A DNA stretch of 64,000 nucleotides from an uncultured Gemmatimonadales bacterium (GCA_963809895.1 CAWELD010000010.1:416001-480000); one strand, 5' to 3'. Counted from the stretch's first letter, positions 21,079 through 31,201 are shown. Made by a program: numbers and translations. Notes: generated by a model not told the origin, from the letters alone.

Positions 21079-22521
21079 TCACCCGCCTCCCAGGTCCGGC
21101 CCGAAGACGAGGATGCGGGGGGGGCCGAGCGCCGAAGCGGCCCGGGTGAGCTCGGAGGGGCCGAGGGTCCACACGGCCGCCCTCAGCGCCCGCACTTCGC
21201 CGTCCCGAACGAGGTCCTGGGCACGCCGCGCCGCGGCCTGCTCCGGCACGGCCTCGCGCAGAAGCTCGGCGGAACGAAACCGTCGCCGCTGCCACCGGAA
21301 GAAGGCGTCCTCGGCAGGGATCGCGAGGGCTTCGACGCCGTTCAGGATGCGCTGCTCCCACCGGTCGGCGGCATCGGGGAGGACGGCGGCCTCGACGACC
21401 AGGGCGCGCCCCGAGTCCAGGGTGCGCACGTCCACCTGGACGTTGAAGACGCCGGGATCCGGGGGTGACGGGTTGAAGTCCTCCGTCAGGCGCCTGGAGA
21501 GGAACTCCAGCAGGGTGGCAGGCATGTCCGAGGGGACGGGATACGCCACGGTGATCCAGGTGTTCGTCACCTCCTGCACGATACGGACGCGGTCGCCCTG
21601 ATCCCACGGAAGCGCGCCCACGTACGCGGTGTCCGGGGCAGGCGGGGCGCCCGTGGCGGCGGAGTCGGGAGACGGTGCAGGCGGTGCTCCCGCCACCGAG
21701 TCGGCGCCGACGGACGCGGCGGCCCCCGTGGAATCGGCAGCTGCCGTGTCGGGAGTCGCCGCCAGCGAGTCGACCACCGCCGGCCGGGGGGCGGGCGGCA
21801 GACCCAGTACCCGGCGCGCGGCGTCTTCTCCGCCCAGGGCGCCCAGCACGGACAGGCTCGCGTCGTCGGCCCGGTACGTGCGCCGGCGGAACCCGTCCAG
21901 GGCGCCGGCGTCGATGCGGCCCACCGATTCCAGCGTCCCATCCGTGGGCCGGGCCGCCGGCGAGGCCGCACCGTAGAGCAGGGCCCGGGTCTGGCCGCGC
22001 ACGTCCACGATGGGAGCGCCGGCCTCGAAAGTGAGGATCTCCTGGAGGTTCGCCACCACGGCGGCGACGTCCGCAGCAGCGGGGGCGTCCTCGAAGGCGG
22101 CCGCCGTCAGGGCCCGCCACGCGACCTGCCAGCTCTCCGGCAGCACCGCCAGCCGGATCAGTGTCAGATGCGGAGTCACGGAGACCGCCACCGTGCCGCC
22201 CCCCGGACCGAGCGCGCTCTCGACCCGCCGCTGGATCGTGCCCGCCATCACCCGGGCCGAGCCTTCGAGCCCGTCGGGATCGTCGGCGGAGCCCACGGGC
22301 AAGGCCAGCGCCATCCCGACGGCGGGAGTGCCCGGCAGGTCCTCGATGTGAATGCGACCGACCCGCCCGCCGGTCAGGGCCGGAGCGCCGGGCGCCAGCC
22401 CCTGTCCGGCCAGCGGTGCGGCCGCCGTCGTCCCGACCAGGATCGTCAACGCCGTGAGCGCCCAGGCGCCCGGGCCCTGCGCCCGCGCCACGATGCGCCT
22501 CATCGCCCCTCGCGTCGTCAT
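21079..22521 (-). CDS. Secreted degenerate M16 peptidase-like protein
   Basis: Signal-like N-terminus; VGSADDPDGLEGSA, RPTDGTLESVGRID and YRADDASLSVLG are M16-like; no HxxEH; Ala/Pro linker. Confidence 0.6.
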   Translation of the reverse strand: MTTRGAMRRIVARAQGPGAWALTALTILVGTTAAAPLAGQGLAPGAPALTGGRVGRIHIEDLPGTPAVGMALALPVGSADDPDGLEGSARVMAGTIQRRVESALGPGGGTVAVSVTPHLTLIRLAVLPESWQVAWRALTAAAFEDAPAAADVAAVVANLQEILTFEAGAPIVDVRGQTRALLYGAASPAARPTDGTLESVGRIDAGALDGFRRRTYRADDASLSVLGALGGEDAARRVLGLPPAPRPAVVDSLAATPDTAAADSTGAAASVGADSVAGAPPAPSPDSAATGAPPAPDTAYVGALPWDQGDRVRIVQEVTNTWITVAYPVPSDMPATLLEFLSRRLTEDFNPSPPDPGVFNVQVDVRTLDSGRALVVEAAVLPDAADRWEQRILNGVEALAIPAEDAFFRWQRRRFRSAELLREAVPEQAAARRAQDLVRDGEVRALRAAVWTLGPSELTRAASALGPPRILVFGPDLGGG

Positions 22522-23747
22522 GGTCGCACCTGGGCCCGGAAGGTCTGACCTGCCGACAGATCCTGCAGGAAGGCCCGCATGGCGTCGTCGTCGAGGTCCG
22601 TGAGCGCGTCCAGGTATCGGCGGGCCGCGTCGATGGCCAGCCCGGCGTCGATGAAGCGGCCCACGAGATGCACGCGGCCCCACGGCGTCCTGGCCTGGAG
22701 CAGGAGGTCACGGCGGATGCGCTCGGCCACGGACTGCGCCTCGCCGGGCTGGAGATTGGACGTCGCGTCCTGGATGAGTCCGTCGATGCGGCGTTGGAGC
22801 GCTGCGGCCTGCCGTGGGTAGGCCGCTCCCACGGCGGCCAGGACCGTGCGATCGGAGGTCTCCCAGAGCCGGATCTCGGCCTCGTAGTCGTCCTGTTCGT
22901 CGCGCAGGCGACGAGCCAGGAGGACCGCGGCGACGGCGGCGCGGGGGTCCAGAGGCGCGGAGGTGGACCAGGCGGCTCCCACCCAGCGTCGCAGGGTCTG
23001 GACCCGGCCCGGGCGAGGTGAGGGCGGCGCCGGGGCACCGGAGGGTGGGGCCGGCGAGCTCTCGTTGGATCCGAGCCCCGCCAGAGAAGCCAGCAGCACG
23101 GGATCAGCCACCTGGCCTGCGACCAGGAGCGTCATGGCTTCCGGGCGATGACTCCGCGCCCACACGTCGCGCAGCGTCGCGACACCCAGCGTGGGCAGGC
23201 TGCCCCGCGTTCCGTCGATGGGCGGCTTCTCAGGCGTGGCCGCGGCCCGCAACTCGGCCTCGATCCGGCCACCGCCGGTCTCCTCGAGTCGCCGGAGCCG
23301 TTCGTCCAGCTCGGCGCGCACGGCCTCCAGCGTGCCCACGTCGGGCGACGGCTCTCGAGCGGCGACGCGCAGCAGATAGGTCAGGTAGTCCAGATCCGCC
23401 ACGGGCCCGGTCACCGTATAGACCAGGCCCCACGGCGTGCGTCCGGCCTCGACCCGGGCACCCAAGGCGCTCGCCGGCCCTTCCAGGCGACGCTGGGCGA
23501 GCATGGCCAGCATGCGGCCCGCGCCAGCCTCGGCCGGGCTCTCGGAGAGAGGGATGGAGAGGCGGAGCGAGACCACGCCTTCCGTGGGGGCCGGCAAGCG
23601 GATCACGCGCGGTGACCCGGGCGGCGCGAGCACCGAGTCGGGAAGCAGCGGATCCGGCGTGGCCGATGCCTGAGCCCGAAGCGCAGGCGTCCAGGCGAGG
23701 GCCACGGCCAGGGCCGTCGGCAGGAGGGTACGGATGGCTCGGGTCAC
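22518..23747 (-). CDS. Secreted degenerate M16 peptidase-like protein
   Basis: Signal peptide (ALRA|Q); PIDGTRGSL, SHRPEAMTLLVAG; no HxxEH; overlaps the next gene (ATGA). Confidence 0.6.
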   Translation of the reverse strand: MTRAIRTLLPTALAVALAWTPALRAQASATPDPLLPDSVLAPPGSPRVIRLPAPTEGVVSLRLSIPLSESPAEAGAGRMLAMLAQRRLEGPASALGARVEAGRTPWGLVYTVTGPVADLDYLTYLLRVAAREPSPDVGTLEAVRAELDERLRRLEETGGGRIEAELRAAATPEKPPIDGTRGSLPTLGVATLRDVWARSHRPEAMTLLVAGQVADPVLLASLAGLGSNESSPAPPSGAPAPPSPRPGRVQTLRRWVGAAWSTSAPLDPRAAVAAVLLARRLRDEQDDYEAEIRLWETSDRTVLAAVGAAYPRQAAALQRRIDGLIQDATSNLQPGEAQSVAERIRRDLLLQARTPWGRVHLVGRFIDAGLAIDAARRYLDALTDLDDDAMRAFLQDLSAGQTFRAQVRP

Positions 23748-23790
23748 GTCGGCTTGGGGGCGCCCCCGGGATCGCTTCGGGGGAGGGGGG

Positions 23791-24720
23791 TCAGGGGACG
23801 ACGGCCGGCAGGACGTAGTTCATGGGATTCTGCGGTCGGCCGTTCACGCGCACCTCGTAATGCAAATTTGCGGAGGTCGCGATCCCCGTGCTACCCACTT
23901 GTGCGATGATGTCGCCGCGCTGGACCTGCTGGCCCACGCGTACCAGGATCTTGGACGCGTGCCCGTAACGGGTCGTGTAGCCGTACCCGTGGTCGATTTC
24001 GACCATCTGGCCGTAGCCGGTGACCCAGCCTGCGCGCACGACCCGTCCCTTGGCTGCCGCCAGGATGGGCGTGCCCCGGGGGGCGGCGATGTCGATGCCC
24101 TCGTGGGGAAGGGCCTCGTGGTAGATCGGATGGTTCCGGCTGCGCGAGAAACGCGAGGACAGGTAGCCCGTGGTGGGCATGATGGACGGCGTGGACAGCA
24201 GGAGGTCGCGGTGCGCGCGCAGGGAATCCCCGGCTTCGTCCATGCTCGCTTCCAGGAGTCGGGCTCGCCGTTCGAGGGCGTTCAGATCGTACTGGGCCGC
24301 GAACGCCGCCTTGCCCATGACCGAGTCCACCGGCCACAGCGGGTGCGATTCGGGGGTGTCCGCACCCGGGCCGCCGATACCGACCCGAAGGATCTCGTCG
24401 TCGATGGGGTCCAACCCGGCCAGGCTGCGGAGCTCGGTGTCGCGCTCGGTGAGCCCGTCCAGGTTCCCCTCGAGCTGAGTGACCTGATTCTGGATGCGGT
24501 CGAGCTCGGCGGTGAGAGCCTTGTTGCGTGTCCGGAGCTGGCGGGCCTCGATGCGTGTGGCGCCTCCGAAACCGACGCCCAGCGCGAGAACGAGCAGGAC
24601 GACCAGAATCAGCCCGACGCCCGCGCCTCCGAGGGCCAAGGCCCGCGGAGAGAGCGAGTACTGCCGGACAGGGCTCTCCTCTCCCCGGACCACGAGGAAG
24701 GTCCAGCGGTCTCCTGCCAT
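23791..24720 (-). CDS. M23 family metallopeptidase with N-terminal TM and coiled coil
   Basis: HEGIDIAA (HxxxD), TRYGHAS, NLHYEV (HxH appears as NLH), PSIMPTTG. Confidence 0.9.
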   Translation of the reverse strand: MAGDRWTFLVVRGEESPVRQYSLSPRALALGGAGVGLILVVLLVLALGVGFGGATRIEARQLRTRNKALTAELDRIQNQVTQLEGNLDGLTERDTELRSLAGLDPIDDEILRVGIGGPGADTPESHPLWPVDSVMGKAAFAAQYDLNALERRARLLEASMDEAGDSLRAHRDLLLSTPSIMPTTGYLSSRFSRSRNHPIYHEALPHEGIDIAAPRGTPILAAAKGRVVRAGWVTGYGQMVEIDHGYGYTTRYGHASKILVRVGQQVQRGDIIAQVGSTGIATSANLHYEVRVNGRPQNPMNYVLPAVVP

Positions 24721-24865
24721 CAGTCGGCCATCGTCTCCATCCCGTTCACACGTGCACCGAAGCCGTCCGGCGGGTCGAAACCCTCCATGTTCCTGCCGCC
24801 ACTCCACGGACTAGCCGGCAGAAGTTAGACCGTGGCGCGCGGGGGTGTCAACGTCCGGCCCGGCA

Positions 24866-26407
24866 TCATTCGTCGCGCTTCTTCCGCGGAAAGAGGGGGT
24901 CCCCCTTTCGGACCTCGCGACCCGCCAGCGCGAGGCCGCGCGCGGCCTCGAGAGTCGGCACCTGGTCCAGGCCCAGCCGGTCCGCCAGCTCGGCCATCTT
25001 GCCCGGGGCCACGGGCTGGAAGAGCGCGGACAGCACGGTCAACACGCGTGCCAGGGTGGCGAGGGTCTCGTCCAGGTCGTCGGCCCGCTCCGGGTCCTTG
25101 GCGAGGGCCCACGGCTCCCGCTCTTCGATATAGCCGTTGGCGGCCCTGGCCAGGTCCATGGCCGAGCCCAGCGCGTCGTGGAGCCGATACGACTCCAGTG
25201 CCTCGGTGACCGCCTCCAGCGTCGCATCCACCTGGTCGGACATCCCCGTTCCGCCCGCCGAGGGCACCACGCCGTCCCGGTAGCGGGCGATCATGGACAT
25301 GGCTCTGGACGCGAGATTCCCGAGCACGTTGGCCAGCTCGTCGTAGCGGGCCAGGAAGCGCTCGGGAGTGAACGACGCATCGCCCCCGGTGGGCATCTCC
25401 CGCAGCAGGTACCAGCGCACCGCGTCGGTGCCGAACTCCTCCCGGAGCTGGAGCGGGTCCACCACGTTGCCCAGCGACTTGGACATCTTGGTCTCGCCCA
25501 CCACCCACCACCCGTGAGCCAGGATCCGGCGCGGCAGCGGCAGGCCCGCGCCCATGAGCAGGGTCGGCCAGTACACGGCGTGCGTGGTGAGGATGTCCTT
25601 GCCGATGAGATGGAGGTCCGCGGGCCACCACGAACCGGAGGTGTCGTCCCAGCCCTGCTCGCCGGCCGGGGCCGAGGGATCGACGGCACCGGACGCCGTG
25701 AAGTAGTTGATGAGGGCATCGACCCACACATAGGTGACGTGGTCCTCGTCGAAGGGCAGGGGGATGCCCCACTGCAGGCGGGCCCGCGGCCGCGAGATGG
25801 ACAGGTCCGAGAGCGGCTGCTGCAGGAAGCCCAGCACCTCGTTGCGCCGGATCTCGGGCACGATCCAGTCCGGGTGCGCCTCGATGTGGCGCACCAGGTC
25901 CTCCTGGAAGGCGCTCATGCGGAAGAAGTAGTTCTTCTCCTCGATCTCCCTCACCGGGCGTCCGCAGTCGGGGCAGGTGTGGTCGGGCCCCAGATCCTTC
26001 TCGGTCCAGTAGCGCTCCTCGTGGATGCAGTACCAGCCGGTGTAGCTGCCCTCGTAGATGTGGCCGCGATCCATGAGGCGCTGGACGAAGCCCCGCACCA
26101 CCGCCACGTGCTCCGGCTCGGTGGTACGGATGAAGCGGTCGAAGGCGATGTCGAGCTGTTCCCAGGCGGCCCGGAAACGCGCCGCCATCTCGTCGCAGAG
26201 CTCCTGGGGAGACACGCCCCGGCGGTTGGCCTCCTCCTGGATCTTCTGTCCGTGCTCGTCGGTGCCGGTGAGGAACAGCACGTCGCGTCCAGCCTGGCGG
26301 TGGAACCGGGCCAGCGCGTCGGCGAGAATCGTGGTGTAGGCGTGCCCCAGATGAGGCTCGCCCGAGGCGTAGTAGATGGGTGTCGTCAGGTAGCGTCGAT
26401 CCGCCAC
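24866..26407 (-). CDS. metG: Methionine--tRNA ligase (short form, no C-terminal OB/tRNA-binding domain)
   Basis: YLTTPIYY, PHLGH, LTGTDEHG, YVWVDALINY, IGKDI, KMSKS. Confidence 0.96.
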   Translation of the reverse strand: MADRRYLTTPIYYASGEPHLGHAYTTILADALARFHRQAGRDVLFLTGTDEHGQKIQEEANRRGVSPQELCDEMAARFRAAWEQLDIAFDRFIRTTEPEHVAVVRGFVQRLMDRGHIYEGSYTGWYCIHEERYWTEKDLGPDHTCPDCGRPVREIEEKNYFFRMSAFQEDLVRHIEAHPDWIVPEIRRNEVLGFLQQPLSDLSISRPRARLQWGIPLPFDEDHVTYVWVDALINYFTASGAVDPSAPAGEQGWDDTSGSWWPADLHLIGKDILTTHAVYWPTLLMGAGLPLPRRILAHGWWVVGETKMSKSLGNVVDPLQLREEFGTDAVRWYLLREMPTGGDASFTPERFLARYDELANVLGNLASRAMSMIARYRDGVVPSAGGTGMSDQVDATLEAVTEALESYRLHDALGSAMDLARAANGYIEEREPWALAKDPERADDLDETLATLARVLTVLSALFQPVAPGKMAELADRLGLDQVPTLEAARGLALAGREVRKGDPLFPRKKRDE

Positions 26408-26462
26408 GAAGGTCTCTCCCGGGTTGGGACGGGTCTGCCGACGCGCGCCGGACCGCGCGTCG

Positions 26463-27305
26463 TCAGTCGAAGGCCGGACCGGAGCCGGCGACTTCCTCTC
26501 TGAGGTCCTCCAGGCCCAGCGTGCGTCGATTGCCTTCGGCGTCGCGGAGCGTCACGGTTTCGCGGAGGATGTCCACGCCCAGCACCTTCTCCTCACCCAG
26601 GCCGGTGCGGATCGTGCGACCCTCCCTGGGAAAGCGCCGGCGGGCCTCGACATAGGTGCGGTGCTCGTACATGAGACAGCACATGAGCCGCCCACAACAC
26701 CCCGAGATCTGCGCCGGATTCAGCGACAGGCGCTGGTCCTTGGCCAGCTGCAAGCTGACCGGCTTGAGCTCGGGCAGCCAGGTCGAGCAGCACAGCTCCC
26801 GCCCGCAGCGTCCCACGCCTCCCAGGAGGGCGGCCTCGTCGCGAACCCCGATCTGGCGAAGCTCGATGCGCGTCCGAAAGGTCCGCGCCAGATCTCGCAC
26901 CAGCTCGCGGAAATCCACCCGCCGCTCGGCGGTGAAGTAGATGATGAGCTTGTTGCGGTCGAACTGCCACTCGGCCTCGGTGACCTTCATCTTGAGACCG
27001 TGCTTGTGCACGAGTCGCCGGGTCTCGTAACGCACGCGCTCCTCATCGGAGCGGAGCGTGTCGAGGGACTCCACTTCGTCCTGCCGCGCCAGTCGCAGCA
27101 CGCGCTTCTCGGGCGTCGGCGTCGCGCAACCGCCGGACGAGGAGCACTTGCGCTCGGCGATGAGCCCCACCGCCGAGACCTCGCCCACGTCTTCGCCCCG
27201 GTCGGCCTCCACCAGGACGTGCTGACCGGGCCGCAGGTCGAGTCCCACGGCGGTGAAGTAGTCCTTTCGGGTCCCCTTGAACTGGACCTCGGCAAAGCCG
27301 GCCAC
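26463..27305 (-). CDS. ricT: PSP1 domain / RicT (YaaT) family Fe-S protein
   Basis: YFTAERRVDFRELVRDL, IGVRDEA, GRCGRELCC, ISGCCGRLMCCLMYE; adjacent to metG. Confidence 0.88.
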   Translation of the reverse strand: MAGFAEVQFKGTRKDYFTAVGLDLRPGQHVLVEADRGEDVGEVSAVGLIAERKCSSSGGCATPTPEKRVLRLARQDEVESLDTLRSDEERVRYETRRLVHKHGLKMKVTEAEWQFDRNKLIIYFTAERRVDFRELVRDLARTFRTRIELRQIGVRDEAALLGGVGRCGRELCCSTWLPELKPVSLQLAKDQRLSLNPAQISGCCGRLMCCLMYEHRTYVEARRRFPREGRTIRTGLGEEKVLGVDILRETVTLRDAEGNRRTLGLEDLREEVAGSGPAFD

Positions 27306-27307
27306 GC

Positions 27308-28294
27308 TCAGACCTCCACCTCCTGCTGCGCCTCTTCGCCCTGCCACGCGCCCATGGCTTCGTACTTGGCCCAGCGCCGGCGAAGCAATTCGTCCTCGTC
27401 CAACTCGTCCAGTTCCCCCAGATGGCGCAGCAGGGCATCGCGCAGCCGCGCCGCGGTGGTGTCGTAGTCGGCGTGCGCGCCGCCCGGAGGCTCGGGGATC
27501 ACGTCGTCCGCCACCCCCAGGGCCTTCAGGTTGGCCGAGTTCAGCTTGAGCGCGGCCGCGGCTTTTTCCCGGTGCTCGGCGGAGCGCCACAGGATGGCGG
27601 CGCAGCCCTCGGGCGTGATCACCGAGTAGATGCTGTGTTCCAGCATGAGGATCCGGTCCGTGACACCCAGCGCAAGCGCGCCTCCCGATCCGCCCTCGCC
27701 GATGACCACCGAGACCAGGGGCACGCGCATGCGAGACATCTCCCGCAGGTTCATGGCGATGGCCTCGGCTTGCCCCCGCTCTTCGGCGCCGATGCCCGGA
27801 TACGCGCCAGGGGTGTCGATGAGGGTGATCACCGGCCGCCCGAACTTCTCGGCCATGCGCATGAGGCGGAGCGACTTGCGATACCCCTCGGGGTGGGGCA
27901 TGCCGAAGTTGCGCCGGAGGTTCTCCTTCATGTCACGGCCCTTCTGGTGGCCGATCACCATGACCGAGTGGCCGTCGAGGCGGGCCCAACCCCCGACGAT
28001 GGCCTCGTCGTCACGGAACGCCCGGTCGCCGTGCAGCTCGATCCAGTCGGTGAAGATCCGCTCGATGTAGTCCAGCGTGTAGGGACGGCGCGGATGGCGG
28101 GCCACCTGTACCTGCTCGATGGGACGCAGGTTGCGGTAGGTCTCTTCCTTGAGCGTATCGAGCTTGCCGTGCAGGACCTCGAGCTCGGCAGACACGTCGA
28201 TGCCCTTGTCGTCGGCCAGCTCCAGGAGCTTGGAGATCTGCCCCTGGATCTCGACGATGTCGCGTTCGAAGTCCAGATGCGGAACGGCGGCCAA
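27308..28294 (-). CDS. accA: Acetyl-CoA carboxylase carboxyltransferase alpha subunit
   Basis: ARHPRRPYTLDY, ELHGDR, NFGMPHPEGYRK, IDTPGAYPG, GEGGSGGAL. Confidence 0.96.
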   Translation of the reverse strand: MAAVPHLDFERDIVEIQGQISKLLELADDKGIDVSAELEVLHGKLDTLKEETYRNLRPIEQVQVARHPRRPYTLDYIERIFTDWIELHGDRAFRDDEAIVGGWARLDGHSVMVIGHQKGRDMKENLRRNFGMPHPEGYRKSLRLMRMAEKFGRPVITLIDTPGAYPGIGAEERGQAEAIAMNLREMSRMRVPLVSVVIGEGGSGGALALGVTDRILMLEHSIYSVITPEGCAAILWRSAEHREKAAAALKLNSANLKALGVADDVIPEPPGGAHADYDTTAARLRDALLRHLGELDELDEDELLRRRWAKYEAMGAWQGEEAQQEVEV

Positions 28295-28390
28295 GTGCGC
28301 CTCCCGGTTGGGGGGAACCGATCCGTAACGTAACGGACCGGGGGCCGCGTCGTGAAGGTGGGACCGCAGCCCCGGAGCCGGGTGGCGCCG

Positions 28391-30085
28391 CTACCGGGCC
28401 ACCCTTACCAGGAGGTCGTGATCCGGGTCCACGACGACCTCTGCGGAGGGTGGCACGCCCTGGAATTCCCAGTGCCCGGAGTCGCCGTCCAGCTCCACCT
28501 GCTCCCGGCGCTCGCCACCGTCCCAGCGCAGTCGCAGCACCACCGGCAGACGGAAGCGGGGGGCGTAGCTCTCCTGGATCTCGCGGAGCGTCACGGCGAG
28601 GGAGCCGTCCGCGGCGGAGCCCTTGTGGAGGGCCAGGACCGGGTAGCCGGGCTCGTAGAGCCACTGGTGGAAGAACCAGTCGAGATCGGCGCCCGACACC
28701 TCCTCCATCACGTCCTGGAGATCTTCAGTGAGGGCGGTGCCGTCGCGGTGGCGCGCGTAGTACTCGCGGATGCCGTGGAAGAAGACCTCGTCGCCCACGA
28801 GACGGCGCAGCATGTGGAGCACCCACGCGCCCTTCTGGTAGCTGTTGGCGTTCAGGAGGTCGAACAGGTTCGCAGCCTCGGTGTCCACCACGGGGCGGAG
28901 CGTGTCGGGCGAGCTCAGGTAGCGCTGGGCCGCCGAGGCCATACGCGCGTCCAGGGCGGCGGGGCCGTCGGCGTACTCGAAGAAGAGGGCACCGAAGTAG
29001 GTGGCGAATCCCTCGGAGAGCCACAGGTGGGCCCAGTCCCCCTCGGTGACGGCGTCGCCGAACCACTGGTGCGCCGTCTCGTGGCTCACCGTTCCCTCGA
29101 TGCTTCGGCCCGAGGCCAGGGCCTCCTGATCGTAGAAGATGGCCGAGGAGTTCTCCATGCCGCCGAAACGGGTGGCGGACTGCACGTGCGCCAGCTTCTC
29201 GTAGGGGAACGGACCCACCACGTCGGAGAAGAAATCCACCATCTGGGGAGCCCGGACGAAGGATGCGTTGCCCTTGTCGACATCGGGCTGGAAGAGCCAG
29301 GTGGTGATGTCCACGCAGCCGTCGGTGCGGGGCGAAGCCGGGGCACGGCCGCACGCGGCGGTGCCGAGATCGGTCACGGTCAGGGGGCCGGCGCCCACCA
29401 CCATGGTGTAGGCGGGGATCGGCACGTCGGTGCTCCAGATCCAGGTGCGCCGAGGTCCGTCGGCCGGACCGGGCGCACCCGGCGCCGTGGGAAACGGCTG
29501 TCCGATGCGTCGTCCGTTGGCCACGACGGACCAGGCGGCGGGGGCGTGGACGATGAAGCGCACCGTGGCCTTGTCCGACGGATGGTCCACCGAGGGGAAC
29601 CAGAAGCGTGCGCGGTTGGGCCAGTTGTCGGCGAACACCGTGCGGTCTCCGTGCACGTCCTTGCCCAGGTCGAGGCCGTCGTCGGGCACGCCTCGGTAGG
29701 TCACCAGCACCGGGCGCTGCGCGCCCGCGCCCAGCTCCAGGGGAACGTGCAGGCGGCCCGCGTCGAGCGTCCATCCGCTCACCGGCGCGCCGTCCACCGC
29801 CACGGTGTCCACGGCCAGCCCCGAGAAGTCCAGCGCCAGCTCCGTGACGTCGCGCACGGCTCGCACGGTGAGGGTGGCGCGTCCGCCGATCCAGCTCGCG
29901 TCGCTGCCGAGGCCCAGTTCGAGCTGGTAGTGCAGCACGTCGATGCCGGTGTCGTAGTCCCCCGGCGCCGCGGGCATTCCGGCCTCGATGGGGTCGGGCT
30001 CCTGCCGGGGTGGCGTCTGCTGGGCGTGGAGGGTCGGGGTCTGGAGCGTGGCGACGACGGCGAGGAGGAGGAGTCGACGTGGCAT
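28391..30085 (-). CDS. Secreted M1 family aminopeptidase
   Basis: GGMEN, HETAH...WLSEG (HEXXH-X18-E), SYQKGAWVLHMLR; signal peptide. Confidence 0.92.
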   Translation of the reverse strand: MPRRLLLLAVVATLQTPTLHAQQTPPRQEPDPIEAGMPAAPGDYDTGIDVLHYQLELGLGSDASWIGGRATLTVRAVRDVTELALDFSGLAVDTVAVDGAPVSGWTLDAGRLHVPLELGAGAQRPVLVTYRGVPDDGLDLGKDVHGDRTVFADNWPNRARFWFPSVDHPSDKATVRFIVHAPAAWSVVANGRRIGQPFPTAPGAPGPADGPRRTWIWSTDVPIPAYTMVVGAGPLTVTDLGTAACGRAPASPRTDGCVDITTWLFQPDVDKGNASFVRAPQMVDFFSDVVGPFPYEKLAHVQSATRFGGMENSSAIFYDQEALASGRSIEGTVSHETAHQWFGDAVTEGDWAHLWLSEGFATYFGALFFEYADGPAALDARMASAAQRYLSSPDTLRPVVDTEAANLFDLLNANSYQKGAWVLHMLRRLVGDEVFFHGIREYYARHRDGTALTEDLQDVMEEVSGADLDWFFHQWLYEPGYPVLALHKGSAADGSLAVTLREIQESYAPRFRLPVVLRLRWDGGERREQVELDGDSGHWEFQGVPPSAEVVVDPDHDLLVRVAR

Positions 30086-31140
30086 CAGGGCAGAGGCTCG
30101 TGCGGGGAGGTCGTGTTCCGAAGCAGTTCGAAGGGCTCGACCTCGTCGAAATCGGCGAAGCGGCCCCAGTAACGGGCATGCGCCAGCGCGAAGTCCCGGG
30201 TCGGCGTGTCGGAGGCGCGCTCGTCGTCCTGCGACTCCAGGCCGTCCAGCTTGGCCGCGAGGTGGGCGCCGATCGCGCGGTACGTCGACGGGCGAAAGTC
30301 CAGCGACGTGGTCGCCGTGGCGTATCCCATGATCGACGGCACCGACTGGAGCGCCGGCCGGAGCCGCTCGAGCAGTCCTCCGCGCTCGGGATGCGTGTCC
30401 CGGGGCGAGGGAAGATACACCACTCGAGGCCGCACGTCGCGAAGGAGCTCCATGGCCTGGCCGAGCGCGTCCACCGGGTCGCCCATGGCGGAGAGCACCA
30501 CGCGATGGACGGCATGCCCCGCGGCCTCGTGGGCCGCCAGCGATCCTCCGCATCCCAGCTCCACGTCGCCGGGCTGCACACCCACGGCCACCACGGCGGC
30601 GGCGCCCTGGTCGACCTCGGCCGATCCCGGCAGGAGCTCCAGCACGGTGGCGTACAGAACGTCCCGATCCAACGGCTTCAGGAGGACGGCGTCGGCGCCG
30701 GCGCGCCGCGCACCGTCGACGTGGGCGGGCGTCTGATAGCCCGTGACGGCAATGACGGCCACCCCGGGCTGCCGCGCCTTGAGCTCCTGGGTCAGGGTGA
30801 ACCCGTCCATGCCCGGAAGGTTGAGGTCGGTGATGAGCAGGTCGAAGCTGTGCGAGGCCGCCAGCTCGAGCGCGTGAATCCCGTCCTGGGCCAGACTCAT
30901 GTCGTAGGGCCCGAGCTGGCGGAGAAGGCGGGACAGGAGGTAGGCCTGATCCGGCGAGTCCTCCACCACCAATACGCGCGCGCCCCCGGGGGCGGCGGGC
31001 CTCGAGGATTCGCTCAACGTCGGGTGCCTCGGCGTGCGGGTGTCCTGTAGAGGGCTCTCATGCTTCAAAGATGGGATGTCGGGGCGGGTTCGTGCACGGG
31101 TCTCTGCAACCTGGCGTGGCGTGAGCCCGTCTATGTTCAT
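30085..31140 (-). CDS. Response-regulator receiver domain fused to a degenerate PIG-L/LmbE deacetylase-like domain (start uncertain)
   Basis: REC: VLVVEDS, ITDLNLPGMDG, AVTG, LKP; then AVGVQPGDVELGCGG, RPRVVYLP..DTHPER, ARYWGR..EPFE. Confidence 0.75.
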   Translation of the reverse strand: MNIDGLTPRQVAETRARTRPDIPSLKHESPLQDTRTPRHPTLSESSRPAAPGGARVLVVEDSPDQAYLLSRLLRQLGPYDMSLAQDGIHALELAASHSFDLLITDLNLPGMDGFTLTQELKARQPGVAVIAVTGYQTPAHVDGARRAGADAVLLKPLDRDVLYATVLELLPGSAEVDQGAAAVVAVGVQPGDVELGCGGSLAAHEAAGHAVHRVVLSAMGDPVDALGQAMELLRDVRPRVVYLPSPRDTHPERGGLLERLRPALQSVPSIMGYATATTSLDFRPSTYRAIGAHLAAKLDGLESQDDERASDTPTRDFALAHARYWGRFADFDEVEPFELLRNTTSPHEPLP

Positions 31141-31201
31141 GGAATACGGAAGCCGGGCTGTCGCCCGGCGACACACGGAGCGTGGTCGGGGAGACGACGA
31201 G

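Noticed and set aside
20987..23038. N-terminal 684 aa of the 942-aa ORF 20210..23038
   Set aside because: Off-frame overlap with two M16-like genes; the real protein starts at ATG 20986 with an RBS and lipobox
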